From Octopus vulgaris (taxonomy: Eukaryota): a DNA stretch of 64,000 nucleotides. The notes below the pieces were generated by a model that had not been told where the DNA came from, ran no database searches, and was given only the letters and a program-made list of their open reading frames with translations. Position numbers and translations under genes: made by a program. Where the stretch lies: the NCBI GenBank assembly GCA_951406725.2, contig OX597814.1, positions 33,170,001 through 33,234,000 on the forward strand, read 5' to 3'. Numbering within the stretch: position 1 is the first letter of the stretch; every line of letters starts with the position of its first letter. Below are positions 26,931-40,532 of the stretch, one piece after another.

Positions 26931-27677
26931 TCCAATCGATAAGCTTGCCTGCCCATTTGCGGTGGATGTGTGATATGCTCATCGCCATAACAACTGGGAA
27001 TGGGGGAGGGCTAGAACACCCGGTGTTTTCCCGGAAAGGTTTGGATCACAAGATAGGGAACATCTTCCTGTACCCAGAAGGTAAGTTGGTGGCCTTGGAT
27101 GTAAACAGTAGCGCCTGAGATACTTTCAGACTGGTGGCTGGCTATTCTCCGACAGGAGTAGAATAGTCGGATTTCGTCACACTTTTTTCTGAGAATATTT
27201 CGACATTTAGTGTTAATGGCTGACTGGAACACCATCTTGGGTATACATTTAGACTGTAGGGCTAGATGTTAAAAGAGCGGACTTCAAAAGCCTCCAAAAC
27301 CTGTTCAGACGTTTTCAACTCTTTGACAAGTACTGACTGGATTTCCCAGATGTTCCAGTGCAGACATTGGAAAAACCATATCGGATCATCTGTGTCGTAT
27401 CTAGATAGAGTATCCTGTAGGCCAGTAGATAAGGATAGCATAAATTGTCATGTTTTTCAAAATCACTCACTATACAAACCACAAGTTCGTGATTTGTGCG
27501 GTCGACTTAAGTAGGCTTTGTAGACAGCGTCCTAGCCACTGGAAGTTGAACGCGTCAGTCCTGGTGTGCCAAGCCTTTCATCTTTTAAGGGTCGATAAAC
27601 CAGTGAAACACTGGAGTCGAAATAATCAACTCTTCTTCTCCCCTCAAATTCCAAGCCTTGTGCCTACAGTAGGAAGG

Positions 27678-27744
<67 letters not shown>

Positions 27745-28536
27745 GGTGGAATTCCACTATGGAGTTTTATAATGGATTAGTGACGGGAAAGAGCGACGAC
27801 GTACTCTGGAAAATTCTGGAGTTGGGAGAGATCAACTGAATGGTCCTTTCGGAGGAATTTTGGGCCGGGCCTTATGGATAACTTACAGAAATCCTTAGCC
27901 TGGCAGTGCACCTGGAGCTCTGTCGGTTCGAGACAAGCTCTATAGACACGGGTGTGCTGTCAGATAGACATGTTTGGAGTGTGAGCAGGGCGACGAAACC
28001 GTCCTACATGCACTCATCCAGTGTCCGTGCATTACTGACCTGTAAAGCTTTGTCGAACAGCTGTTGACGCGTTTAGGATGGATCTGATTATCAGCCGAGT
28101 CAATCGTGAAGATCATCCTACCGCCTTCCTTTGACCGGTAAAGAAAGTTTTCCTCTGTCTGGTGGCTATTGTGAAGGAGATAATGTGGTGGACGAGATTG
28201 AAAGGACTGTAGACAGATTCTTTCCTTTTCGACCAAGAAAGTGAAAGTAGAGAGAGAAGTTCTGCCCCCCCCCCCCCCAGTATGTTTGGTGAAAGGTGGG
28301 TGAATGTGGTGAGGGTGGTGCGTGTGGGATTTTACTTTTTCTATTTCTTTTCTGTTTGCTCTGGACTTTCGCTTGTAAACCTGTGACTAAATCCCCATTT
28401 TGGGAGAATTATTATTGCTTAATTGTTTTCTTAATTATTATTGTAATTTTATTGTTTATTCGATTTCTGTGTTAAACCCCACGTTTCCCTAGTTTTGTAT
28501 TGTCTCTATTTGCTTTGTGTTCGGCCAATAAAGAAA
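26930..28536 (+). mobile_element. L1/Tx1-type LINE relic: APE domain joined to C-terminal CCHC region and 3' UTR, RT missing
   Basis: SYLDRV...NHKFV...PSHWKLNASVL, then CLECEQGDETVLHALIQCP, ending aataaagaaat. Confidence 0.8.
27572..27742 (+). mobile_element. partial type B SINE with (ATT)n tail at the deletion junction of the LINE
   Basis: gcctttcatcttttaagggtcgataa...gccttgtgcctacagtaggaaggattatt. Confidence 0.7.
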
Positions 28537-28599
28537 TGATTATCATTACCATTATACGAAAACTAACAGCTTATATTGCTGGGTATGAAGAAAGTGTCA

Positions 28600-29340
28600 G
28601 CAGTCTACAGCCAGCAGACTAAGGTGACACTTGTTTACTGGTCATGCACAAAGAACCCTGCGAAGACGAAGAATTCTTGAGGTTCCAAGCAGTGCTGAAT
28701 TTTGTAGGTGTTCTTCCTTTACACTTGCACCAATCAGTTGAGCGCTGATACTTCCAAGTGCGCTAATTACTATTGGTATCACATCTACTCTCTTCGATGA
28801 CCACAACCTTTGTATTTCCCATTTCAAATCGTGATAGTTGTTCATTTTGTCTTCTTTTTCTTTGACCCTGTTGTCGCCGGGAAATGCTATGTCGATTATT
28901 ATGCATGTTCTTTCTTTTTTATTCACCACAACAATGTCCGGTTTCCTACGTCCGGTCATGTGATCGAACTGGGTCATCGTATACCACAGGATGACTCGTT
29001 CTGGAGTTTCTCCATACCACGTCTTTGTTCTTTGTAGGCCGTGATTTCCACAGAGCTCCCAATGGATCGTATTTTCCACATTGTCATGTCGTCTTTTGTA
29101 TTCGCGTTGTACCAATTTCGGGCATTCGCAAGTATTTACAGCCTTCACTAGATTCGGACCATTTGGCTTTGACTGCATTAGCCTCCCCACCCTTCTTATA
29201 TACTTCTTCCCAATTTTCGTTTTCATTTCTGTAGTTAGTACTCTGTCAGCTTCTAATACTGGTAGTTACTTATAACTATCTCCTTTCAATGATTTTAATG
29301 TCTGGCCATCTGGTAATTGGATGCTTTCGCTGGAGATGTA
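28600..29340 (-). mobile_element. R4/Dong-type LINE 3' fragment with internal deletion
   Basis: ORF 28642-29226 has EYKRRHDNV...RKPDIVVV...CIIIDIAFP...IPIVISALG (restriction-like endonuclease). Confidence 0.88.
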
Positions 29341-29348
29341 CTACGGTG

Positions 29349-29726
29349 TCAGCTATTCACTGCCAGTGAACTAAGGTAACACCCCTTATTTTTCGAGACC
29401 TTCCGGAGTATTCGAGCGGTTCTAAGCAGTGATGTTTTCTGAAAGTGCTCCACACTTACTGCAGCCCCTATTTGTTCCATGTGCTTCTCAAGAATTTTAC
29501 TCACTGTTCCCAGGGCTCCGACAATTATTGGTACTACTACTACTACCTTTGTCATCGACCACAACTGCTTAACCTCCCAAGCTAACCACTCATATTTATC
29601 GACTTTTCTTTCTTCCTTAACGCATACCTTGTTGTCAGCTGGGCATGCTATATCTATGATCCAGCATAGTTTGCTTTCTTTCTCAATTAAGACTATATCT
29701 GGCTTCCTATTCTCTATCTCATGATC
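29349..29726 (-). mobile_element. R4/Dong-type LINE 3' fragment
   Basis: DHEIENRKPDIVLI...CWIIDIACP...VPIIVGALG. Confidence 0.88.
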
Positions 29727-29990
29727 GACTGAGAGAGTAGCCCATGCCATCGAATTGACGCTGGTGTACAAATATGCGAAGCCCAATATACCCACCATGA
29801 CTACACATTTCATGAGGGTACACTAGAAACATGCATCACAGCCATATGTGCGTTACATGGTGATCTTATATCAAGATAAAACAGCACATGATCTGGCAGG
29901 TTTCAATCTTCTGTTAGAATCTTCTGATTGAGTAACCCACTACGCTCAAAAGGTTCATGAATAAGGTTTGTATAAGGGTTATATGGATGA
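29727..29990 (-). mobile_element. diverged copy of the ~280-bp (TAA)n-associated element
   Basis: Homologous to 33412-33690 (cgaagcccaatataccca, atatcaagataaa, cgctcaaaagg). Confidence 0.75.
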
Positions 29991-30216
29991 TGTATTATTA
30001 ATATTATTATTATTATTATTGTTCTTGTTGTTGTTATTTTCGTTCTTTCTTCAAATTTCCTTCCTTTTCTCGCCGAGTGCTTTCCGTACACCTAGGGCAG
30101 AGAAGCTCATTGTACTCATTCCCAGATTACACACGCAAATTCACAGGTAAAATATGTATTTAAAAAAAAAACAATTAATAAATAAATTCATGAATGGATG
30201 TTGTTTTCACAGCGAT

Positions 30217-30372
<156 letters not shown>

Positions 30373-32952
30373 GTCATTTACTTTTCATCTGCATGTTTGA
30401 TGCAATCACTTGCCGGGACACACCCAGCTACCTAGGGCAAGAGTTGTTGAAATATAGCTGAAAGCTTGGGGAGGGGAAGTAGAGAAATATCTCCATGTAA
30501 TACAGCACAAACATTTACATTGATAGGGTTTTTTTAAGGGTGTGGACAGTACTTGTTAGCACAATCTTTTGGATTTCCTTGAGACATGGTTCTCCAGGGA
30601 TATTGTCTAGGTGTTTCTGACATCCCTTTTTTATCATACCTAGGGTACCTACAATAACAGGAACAGTTTTTGTTTTAGGATTCCACATCTATGGTATTTC
30701 GATTTCCAGGTCCTTATATTTACTAAGTTTGTCGAATTCCTTTACAGATACATTTTTATCAGTGGGGACGCTTACCTCTATTAGTCTGCAGGTATTTTCT
30801 TCCCTGTCTTTAACAATTATGTCTGGTCGATTAGCCTTGATCGTTCTGTCAGTGTTGACTGGAAAATCCCAGAGGATGGTGACATTTTTACCTTCAACAA
30901 CTGGCTGAGGATGATGTTCATACCAGTTAGCAGGAGTGCCGAATTTGTAGTGTTTACATATCTTCCAATGTATATACTGTCCTACCCTATCGTGTCGATT
31001 TTTGTATTCCTTTGGTGTCAGCACATGACATCCGGAAATGAGATGGTCTATTGTTTCGTCAAATGTGTAGCAGAATCTGCATTTAGGGTCAGTACCGTTT
31101 CGGAGAATGCTAACCTGGTAATTTCTGGTAAACAAGCTTTGATCTTGTGCTGCCAGTATGAAGCCTTCAGTTTCTGCTTTCAATCCTGAACTCTTCAGCC
31201 ACTGATGGGTTGTTGCTTGGTCTACATCAGCATTTTGGCTTCGGAGAATATATTGTCCATGCAGGGGCTTCTGGCTCCACCGTCTCTCAATTTGATTCTG
31301 CCCGTTCTTTTTTGCAGTCTGCTTGATTCGCTTTGCTTGCTTGGTAGTAGTGGTTTCCGGCTCTTCATCTGATTCAAGGTTAATGTCTAGTTCCCTTTCG
31401 AACTTATAAGCTTCCTTGACAATAGAATGCAGCTTTTTGCTGCTTTCGTGTTCGCACACAAGTCGCAGCATCCAGTCCTTTGTACTAGATAGGTACCTGT
31501 TCATTCCTACAGTGGAGGTCTTATAGCACAGCTCTAATTGCATCATTTCTCTCCCCCCGATGCTTCTAGGTAGGTACAGGCGGTCTACATCTGCCTTAGG
31601 GTAGTGCATGTTCTTGGATGTCAGTAATTTTCTTGTCTTCCTGTCCAAGCGTTGGAGTTCCGTAAGGTTCCAGTTAATGATGTTAAAACTGTACTGGACT
31701 ACTGGAAGTGCCGGGGTGTTAATGGCCTCAATGCAATTTTTGGAGTTGAGTTCAGTCTTCAGTACAAGCCTTATTCTCCTATAGTATTCCTTTCTTATTT
31801 TTTCCTTCATAGTAGCATAATGTATACCATCTCCTTCGTTGATTCCTAGGTATTTGTAACTTTCTTGTGGGTCAAGTTCCTTGATGGTAGTGTCAATATC
31901 TAATTTAATAGAATAAGTTTGCCTGAGCTTGTCTCTTACAAAAGTTGCTTTAGCACACTTATCAAGGCCAAAATCCATTCCGATATCATTGCTAAACTCT
32001 TTAACAGTTGTTAGCAGCCTTTCTAGCTCTTGGTCATTCCTGGCAAACAGCTTTAGGTCGTCCATATAGAAAAGGTGGTTTATTGACTTACTAAACACTT
32101 TGTACCCATATCTGGTATTATCCAATTTGTTTGAGAGTGGGATCAGTGCCATGCAAAAAAGTAATGGAGAGAGGGAGTCACCTTGAAAGATGCCTCGTTT
32201 GATGTTGATGCTGTTGGACTGGCTCATCCCATTACTATGGCTGAGTAAGAGACGTGTGTTCCACATGGTCATGCTATTCTGTAAGAATTTTGAGACGACA
32301 GGAGATATCTTGTATATCTCAAGGGCCTTGAGTATCCATTTATGTGGGACACTGTCAAACGCTTTCCTGTAGTCTATCCATGCCATACTCAGGTTTTTGT
32401 TTTTGCTCCGGCAATTCTCTACAACCATTCTGTTTATGAGCAATTGGTCTTTGCACCCATAAGAGTTTCTTTTACAACCTTTTTGAGCTTGTGGAAGGAT
32501 AGAGTTTTGTTCAAGGAAAGCGTACATTCTCTCCGTTACTATGGATGTTAGGATTTTGTAGGTGGTGTTGAGACATGTTATTGGCCGGTAATTCTTTGGG
32601 TTTTTTGTGTCTTCGGTTTTAGGTAATAGGTAGGTGGTTCCTTCAGTCAGCCAAGCAGGTATTTGCTCTGGGTTCTGAATGACAAGTTAGGGATCCGATC
32701 CAGTTTTCCATTTATGAGCCTTCCTAAGGACACACCTTAGCTCCTCTATTCCTATTGCTTCCCATTTCTGTTCTTCAAGTTCATCCAGTCTCTCTTTCTC
32801 ACGTTCTATCCAGTCAGCCTCAGCATTAAACTCTTTTTCATTGCTCCATACCTTCTTCCAGAACTCCTCCACTTCCTCAATCTTAGGTGGATCTTCCATG
32901 TGTATTTTATTTTTTCCAATTTCCCTATAAAATTTCTTTGCATCTGTCTTAA
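30373..32952 (-). mobile_element. R4/Dong-type non-LTR retrotransposon, 5'-truncated, flanked by (ATT)n
   Basis: Upstream ORF 32687-32899 plus RT-RLE ORF; coding similarity continues past the stop to ~30520; (ATT)n on both sides. Confidence 0.93.
30689..32527 (-). pseudogene. 612-aa reverse transcriptase + CCHC + restriction-like endonuclease ORF of the R4/Dong element
   Basis: WIDYRKAFDSV, RGIFQGDSLSPLLF, LFYMDDLKL, CRFC...ETIDHLISGC, RHD, NRPDII; premature TAG before KMWNPKTKTVPVIVGTLG. Confidence 0.9.
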
Positions 32953-32960
32953 TTATTATC

Positions 32961-33011
<51 letters not shown>

Positions 33012-33014
<3 letters not shown>

Positions 33015-33282
33015 TAGTTTTATTTTTATAGCGTGCTTTCACTTCACTACCGAGCGCAGCTCTGTGTGCCTTGGGTATGTGCTGTGATTTGTTGTGATGC
33101 TCTGTTGATTATTGTATGGAAAGTGTTCTGCGTAGGATGTGTGCAGTGCCTAGTAGTGCAATTTTCTGTATGTTATATGTGTTTGTAAGTCCTGGTGTTT
33201 TTGTTATGTATTTGTCTGAATATTTTTTTATCATGCCTAATGCACCTACTATGATAGGAATTGTTTCTGTTTTAAGATTCCA

Positions 33283-33283
<1 letters not shown>
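33012..33283 (-). mobile_element. short R4/Dong 3' fragment inside (ATT)n
   Basis: MWNLKTETIPIIVGALGMIKK...IQKIALLGTAHILRRTLSIQ* and 3' UTR. Confidence 0.88.
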
Positions 33284-33336
<53 letters not shown>

Positions 33337-33344
33337 CATTATTA

Positions 33345-33411
<67 letters not shown>

Positions 33412-33412
<1 letters not shown>

Positions 33413-33690
33413 GAGTGAGAGAGCAGTGCATGCCATCAAAGTGACACTGGGGTAAAATATTCGAAGCCCAATATACCCATCATGACTACCCGTCTGATAA
33501 AGGTACACTAGGCACATGCATCACAACCATATGTGCGCGCGACATGGTGATCTCATATCAAGATAAACAGCACATGACCTTGCAGGTGGGGCCCAGTTAG
33601 AATTTTCTTCAGGTTGAGTAGCCCATCCCGCTCAAAAGGTCCCTGAATAAGGGTTGTTTAAGGATGTTGAAAGAACCACCCATGTTTCCA

Positions 33691-33730
<40 letters not shown>

Positions 33731-34011
33731 GAGTGAGAGAGCAGTGCATGCCATCAAAGTGACACTGGGGTAAAATATTCGAAGCCCAATATACCCATCA
33801 TGACTACCCGTCTGATAAAGGTACACTAGGCACATGCATCACAACCATATGTGTGCGCGACATGGTGATCTCATATCAAGATAAACAGCACATGACCTTG
33901 CATGCAGGTGGGGCCCAGTTAGAATTTTCTTCAGGTTGAGTAGCCCATCCCGCTCAAAAGGTCCCTGAATAAGGGTTGTTTAAGGATGTTGAAAGAACCA
34001 CCCATGTTTCC
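33412..34011 (-). mobile_element. two near-identical ~280-bp non-coding elements in tandem (33412-33690, 33730-34011), each bounded by (ATT)n
   Basis: Direct comparison; same start and end points, with few differences. Confidence 0.88.
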
Positions 34012-34012
34012 A

Positions 34013-34060
<48 letters not shown>

Positions 34061-34341
34061 CATTGTTATATTTTGACCTTCTATATTTTGTCCACATCAT
34101 ACTCTCCTCCTTTTTACAATAGCAATAATGCTGCTGATTCTGTTGTTTTGGTTCTGTTTTTCCTGCTGCTGTTGTTGTTGTTAATGTTACCGACAGAGCG
34201 GCTCAATATTATTGTTAGCAATGATGTAGAAATCAAGTAGTTTTTATAACTGTTGCTATGGTATTATCGATACGGCTGCAGCTGCCTTATTCGATTACAT
34301 ACCATTAGTTGTTGTTGTTGCTGCTGCTGCTACTGATGATA

Positions 34342-34374
<33 letters not shown>

Positions 34375-34489
34375 CACTTGGCATTTGTATGGCTCTTTCG
34401 AAAAATAAAATTTTTTATTCTGGAAATTTTGTGTACTCACTGACGCCACTGCAGTAAAATAAGTATTTTTGACAAAGAACTATTGTAAA

Positions 34490-34883
34490 ATGTATGCTTA
34501 TATGTATATATATATATATGTATATATATGTGTGTGTGTGTGTGTGTTTGTATGTGTGTGTATGTATGAGCATCTGTGTGTGTGCTATTTTGTATGTATA
34601 TCTGTGTGTGTTTGCGTGTATGTATTTATGTATTTATGTATGTATTTATGAATGTATGTATGTATGTATGTATGTATGTATGTATGTATGTATGTATGTA
34701 TGTATGTATGTATGTATGGATGAATGTATGGATGGATGGATGGATGGATGGATGGATGTGTATGTGAGTGTAGAATGTCTGCGATAGATCGATAGATAGA
34801 AAAATACATCGGTAAGTAGATATATAGATAAATAGATAGATAGATAAGTAGATAGATACAAAAATAGATAGGTAAGTAGATTT

Positions 34884-34967
<84 letters not shown>

Positions 34968-34983
34968 GTAGGTAGATAGATAT

Positions 34984-35058
<75 letters not shown>

Positions 35059-35125
35059 TGTTTCTTTATTAGCCACACAGGGCTGCACACAGATAGAACA
35101 AGATAGATAGATAGATGGATGGATG

Positions 35126-35208
<83 letters not shown>

Positions 35209-35303
35209 GTGTGTGAGTGCGTATGTGTGCCTGAGACTTCTGTGTATTTATGTGTGATGAAAGAAAGAGAAAGACAGATATATTCGTGTAAGAACATATG
35301 TGA

Positions 35304-35351
<48 letters not shown>

Positions 35352-35740
35352 CTCCATTGACCAGATAGATAGATAGATTGGTATATATATATATATATAT
35401 GTGTGTAGAGAGAGAGAGAGACAGAGAGAGAGAGACAGAGACAGAGAGAGGGGGAAGTGTATATATATATATATACATCATATAGATATGGGCGTATTTG
35501 TAAGTCAGTACATTTTGGACATATTTTAGACATTCATTCACAGGGATTTATATGGGTATATACACATACATACACACATACATACACACACGCGCGCATT
35601 TATATGTGTTGTGTATGTGTGTATGCATATATATATATTGCATGTATGTTTGTATACATGTATGTGAGTGTATACATGTCTGCATATATATATATATATA
35701 TGCATGCATATACATATGTATGTATGTTTGCATGTATCTC

Positions 35741-35772
<32 letters not shown>

Positions 35773-35850
35773 TGTATGTATGTATGTATGAATGTATGTA
35801 TGTATGTATGTATGTATGTATGTATGTATGTATGTATGTATGTATGTATA
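34490..35850. repeat. large compound microsatellite field (TG, TATG, GGAT, GATA, GA)
   Basis: Direct reading. Confidence 0.95.
35059..35101 (-). mobile_element. ~40-bp L1/Tx1 3' tail embedded in (GATA)n
   Basis: tttctttattagccacacagggctgcacacaga matches 60693-60727. Confidence 0.7.
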
Positions 35851-36097
35851 TACGGTTATGTATGCTGGTGTGCGTATGTTTTTGGTGTATTTGTGTGCGA
35901 ATTAGCCCACGTATAGTTGTATATTCTTGAATATCCTCTGTTTGTTTCCTCCTTCTCCAGTTTCTAATTAAACATTTCTTTCTCTCCTAATTTTTTTAGT
36001 TTGAAATTCATTTTTTATTCAAATACACTGTTACTGATTGACCTTTCAATAATTTGTGTTTTGTTTTATTTTTGATTTCTCTTACGTATTTTATCTC

Positions 36098-36156
<59 letters not shown>

Positions 36157-36398
36157 CTCTCTCGCTCTCTCACCTTCGCACTCTCCTTTGTGAATTCTCA
36201 TAATTGCTTTCTCACTCACTTTTATCACCTATCTGTTTCCTCATATTATCCAGGATTTTAAAAATACCTTATCATTCTCTTTTTCCCATTTAAATATTTC
36301 CGCCAGTTCATAGATTCTCTTTACTTCTCCTATTACCTTTCCATTCCGTTGTTTCACTCTTTCGCTTCATTCCATTTCCCCCAATATCCTTCTAATTA

Positions 36399-36467
<69 letters not shown>

Positions 36468-36890
36468 CTATCTCTATCTCTCAATATCTTTCATTATTTC
36501 TCTCTAGCTTAATCTACAGCTTAATTTTTAAAATTTTATTGAAGACCCGTTAAATGTATATTATTGTTAGTTCCACTAGTTGACCTCTTCTTAACATGCG
36601 CTACCTCCTGTTGACGTTTTCTTTATAATTATGAAGCAAATAATTTTTTTCAAAAAATCAGCACCTACAGTCTCTATTACGAAAGCTTACGATGAACTCA
36701 TTGCCTTTTTCCCCTGCCTTTTATTACGCTCCTCTAGTACCATTCACCGTTTTAGTTCATTGTCTTTTATTCATTTACTTTCATTTTCATTTTCACGCAT
36801 TCCCACATACACACACACTTCAGACTCTTCACCTCTATTCTATATATTCATCATATATTATTTCTGTCCTATCCTATCTCTCTATTTATA

Positions 36891-36941
<51 letters not shown>

Positions 36942-37359
36942 CTTCTCATTTCTCTCTTCCTCCACTTTCTTGCATGTTTTCTGTATTTTTTAAACGAAAT
37001 CAAGATAAAAAAAAATAGAACCACTACTTAAAACAACATCAATTCTCTGATTTTATTTTCCTATGATCAGAGACATCCACCAGTAAATAATCAGATCGAA
37101 TGACTTCAGGTTAAAGAAAATGCTAGATTTTGACATTCATTACCTCTCCGAAAGGAATGAAATAAGTTCTTCACTAACTTCTACAAGTACAATTGTAGTG
37201 AAAATGAGTGAAAAGAGAAGCATTTCCATCCAGTAAAAATTACTGAAAGTTAGGTAAAATTGAGATCCCTGGCACGGCGGAATGGACTTACTTTTAGTAG
37301 GTAATATAGGACAGGAAATATTTGAAGATTTTTTTACTTGGTAGTCAGGGTAACCTAGC

Positions 37360-37610
37360 ATTTGTTCATCCTAAGTTTATTGGCAGCATTCACCAACTTA
37401 AACAAGGAGAACGTCCAGAAGAGGTACAGGAGATTCCGAAGTCGTCTGGAGGCCATGGTTGAAGGCAATGGCGATTTTATTGAATAAATTTACTGTTTAA
37501 TCTTTCAAGATATTTTTATGTAATTTAGATAAACATATCTGTTAAAATGATATGTCAACGTTATTTTCATTTTTGCGTAATTTAGATGACAGTTTATTCA
37601 CCGCACTCTT
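37360..37610 (+). mobile_element. Tc1/mariner-superfamily 3' relic
   Basis: RFRSRLEAMVEGNGDFIE* and 3' flank shared with 39000-39165. Confidence 0.65.
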
Positions 37611-37651
37611 TGTGAGTATCTCTGTGTGTTTGGATGCGCGTGCGTATGTGT

Positions 37652-37872
37652 ATACGAAGGGGTACAGAAAAGTTCCTGACTGTTGATGAAATAGAATACA
37701 GCAGGATCAGTTAATTTTGATTCTATTCAACATATTCCCCTTTCAGATTCACAGATTCATTGCAGCGGTCCTTCAGTTATTCTAAGCCCTCCAAATTAAC
37801 ACGGAAGATTGGGACTCCGATCAGGTTTTTCGCGATACTCTTAAAACCAGGAACTTTTCAGCACTACTTCAT
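37652..37872. mobile_element. mariner-derived MITE
   Basis: Imperfect TIRs ta-cgaaggggtacagaaaagttcctg / caggaacttttcagcactacttca. Confidence 0.65.
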
Positions 37873-37875
37873 TTG

Positions 37876-37931
<56 letters not shown>

Positions 37932-38020
37932 AAAATAGGATAAAATCTTTATAAGAATTTATCAAGTAGTCAGCGTGAAAGACCTCATAAGGGAAAAATT
38001 ATTAATTATTCCCTTTAAAT

Positions 38021-38125
38021 GTATTTATTTATATTAAGGGTATTACTATACATAAATGCCTTTAAGAAACCCTCGTAGCGTGAGGCATTTATGTATAGTA
38101 ATGCCCTTAATATAAATAAATATAT
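38021..38125. repeat. fold-back palindrome (~40-bp arms, 21-bp loop)
   Basis: tatttatttatattaagggtattactatacataaatgcct versus aggcatttatgtatagtaatgcccttaatataaataaata. Confidence 0.9.
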
Positions 38126-38344
38126 ATATATGCTTAAATAAAATTCGGGTAAAATCTTTGTGGAATACTATGCAAAGCTCGTACAGTTATTTGTTACCTG
38201 ATGTCATCATACAGTGGAAATAGCCCTGCTATTGGAAATACATCAATACTTTCAGAGTATTCTCAGGGTTTATATGGATAGCTAATTAACAGAAAATCGA
38301 ACGAAAATTCTTTATTTAAAATAAAAACACATTTTTCCACTTTT

Positions 38345-38535
38345 AGTCGTGGGTTCGATTCCCGGAATGAGAGGCATGTTTTGTTCTTGAGCAAAACATT
38401 TCAATTTCACGCAGATTTAAACAACTAACACTGCAGCGGACTAGCTTCCAATCAGGGGCTGTCAAAAGACGATACTAAGCACATTGTGACCAGCGATGCA
38501 TAACAACATCCGATAGTCTGGCCAATTACGTGATG
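38345..38535 (+). mobile_element. degenerate SINE with type C head/core and type D tail
   Basis: ggttcgattcc...ttcttgagcaaaaca as in 44454; cattgtgaccagcgat as in the reverse complement of 55700-55722. Confidence 0.6.
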
Positions 38536-38589
38536 TATATGGTCAGACAACATTACTCCGTTAGAAGCATGAGGCCGCCTTCCCTATCT

Positions 38590-38772
38590 CTCTGGCATTT
38601 TTATTCCTCCCTGAACGCCGGTCCGTCACAGGATTTTTCAATTTTACAAGGTGAGTGGACTGGAGCAGCGTGAAATCAAGTGTTTCTCTCAAGAGTACAA
38701 CTCATCACGCGGTCCAGGAATCGAAACCACAATCTTAAGATCTTGAGTCCAATACCGTAACCACTGAGCCAT
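38590..38772 (-). mobile_element. SINE type C, diverged
   Basis: gagtggactggagcagcgtgaaat...ggtccaggaatcgaaacc is the reverse complement of 44454-44620. Confidence 0.75.
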
Positions 38773-38814
38773 ATATATATATACATATATACATACATAC
38801 ATACAGAGGCTGTG

Positions 38815-39165
38815 GTGGGCAAGTTCCCGCTATCTTATAATTTTATTTTCGCGCATGCACATGTTTGCTTTTGATTTTCCGACTACACTGCATAGGAGGG
38901 TCAGTTGGGCACTATCTGTCAGAAAAAACAGCATCATGACGCAATTCATTCTGCCAGAAATTTGGAAACGACATGCTGTACTACTTGGCATTCTCGCAGG
39001 AAGCTCCAGTTGTCTGGATGCCGTGGTTGAAACCAATGGCGATTGCGTTGAATAAATTTACTCTTTACGATTTCAAGATATTTTTACGTACTTTTGGTAA
39101 ATATATCTATTAAAATGAGATTATTTTAATTTTTGCGTAATTTCCACGATAATTTATTCACCGTC
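38815..39165 (+). mobile_element. internally deleted Tc1/mariner-superfamily element
   Basis: LDAVVETNGDCVE* end homologous to 37440-37605. Confidence 0.6.
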
Positions 39166-39343
39166 TGTGTGTGTATTTGTGTACGCTCATATTTATATAT
39201 ATGCGCGCGTTTCCTCACAACACTGATATTAATATATATAGACATTACTCCTAGCTATTTCATTTAGCTGGTTTCATCAGATATGTCACGTATCGCAATC
39301 TTTACATCTTTTCCAGCTAATCTTTTAATTTAAAATATATTAA

Positions 39344-39762
39344 GGCGCAGGAGTGGCTGTGTGGTAAGTAGCTTGCTAACCAACCACATGGTTGCGGGTT
39401 CAGTCCCACTGCGTGGCATCTTGGGCAAGTGTCTTCTGCTATAGCCCCGGGCCGACCAATGCCTTGTGAGTGGATTTGGTAGACGGAAACTGAAAGAAGC
39501 CTGTCGTCTATATGTATATATATATGTGTGTGTGTGTGTGTGTTTGTGTGTCTGTGTTTGTCCCCCTAGCATTGCTTGACAACCGATGCTGATGTGTCTA
39601 CGTCCCCGCCACTTAGCGGTTCGGCAAAAGAGACCGATAGAATAAGTACTGGGCTTACAAAGAATAAGTTCCGGGGTCGTTTTGATCGACTAAAGGTGGT
39701 GCTCCAGCATGGCCGCAGTCAAATGACTGAAACAAGTAAAAGAGAGAGAGAGAAAGAGAGTA
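39344..39762 (+). mobile_element. SINE type A, full length
   Basis: Highly similar to 58041-58453. Confidence 0.92.
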
Positions 39763-39802
39763 TTCTTTAGTCTTTCAGTATAACGAATATTTCATTACTC
39801 TC

Positions 39803-40219
39803 ATACGAGATCTGATCGAAAAGTATCATAACTGGTGCTATTAAAAGAAACCTGCAACACTCTAAAGCAACACATTTTATCCAGCGTCGTTTCCATTGAT
39901 GGACGCATTCCCGGAACTCCTATTTCAGATGGCGAGCAGCGGCCACGTCGCATTCTTTTGGATTTCTTTGACGTCTTGAAATCTTGTTGATGCAGATTCG
40001 CTGCTCATGTTCCTCTGCCATGATCACTGACGGAACCTCTGTAGTGTGGTTCCGTCACACTCTACACACTTTACTTCTGAGTATTGCTATTAGCAACGGA
40101 AGTGAGCAAGAATGTTGTTAGTGCGCATGCGTGACAGAGTTCAAGATTAATCTTCGCTCTGCGTGCTTTAACTTATTTACTATAGCAACACTCTCGATAC
40201 TGTTTAATCAAATTTCGTG
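39803..40219. mobile_element. mariner-derived non-autonomous element
   Basis: Imperfect TIRs ta-cgagatctgatcgaaaagtatc / gatactgtttaatcaaatttcg; internal ccagcgtcgtttccattg resembles 26630-26650. Confidence 0.6.
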
Positions 40220-40494
40220 TGTGCTTGTTTGTATGTGTGTGTTTAAGTGCGTGTGTGCGCGCACGCTTGTATGTGTGTATATGGACTTATCTATGTGTAT
40301 GTTTTATCCTTGTACAACATTGTTATATGTACGTTCTCACTTCCACTTTTAATTAATATTTATTCTTACAAATAAGTATAATTAGATGATAAATCATCAG
40401 TTTTTTTCCTTGATATTCGCCTTCATCTTCATGATATTCGTCCTCTCGCTTTTCTGAATTCTCTCCTCAATACTTTCATTCCGTTGTTACTGCT

Positions 40495-40532
<38 letters not shown>

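Noticed and set aside
33412-34011. Repeat-spacer-repeat pattern resembling an array or LTR pair
   Set aside because: Units are 280 bp with a microsatellite spacer; no CRISPR geometry and no internal retroelement.
38185-38240. CTGATGT...GAAAtagccctgctaTT (similar cases at ~2434, ~14051, ~46280)
   Set aside because: Core substitutions and weak stems; cannot be supported individually.
39241-39287. Minus-strand CTGATGA...GAAAtagcta motif
   Set aside because: Lacks the UH cleavage site and a paired stem II; kept only as a possible dead relic.
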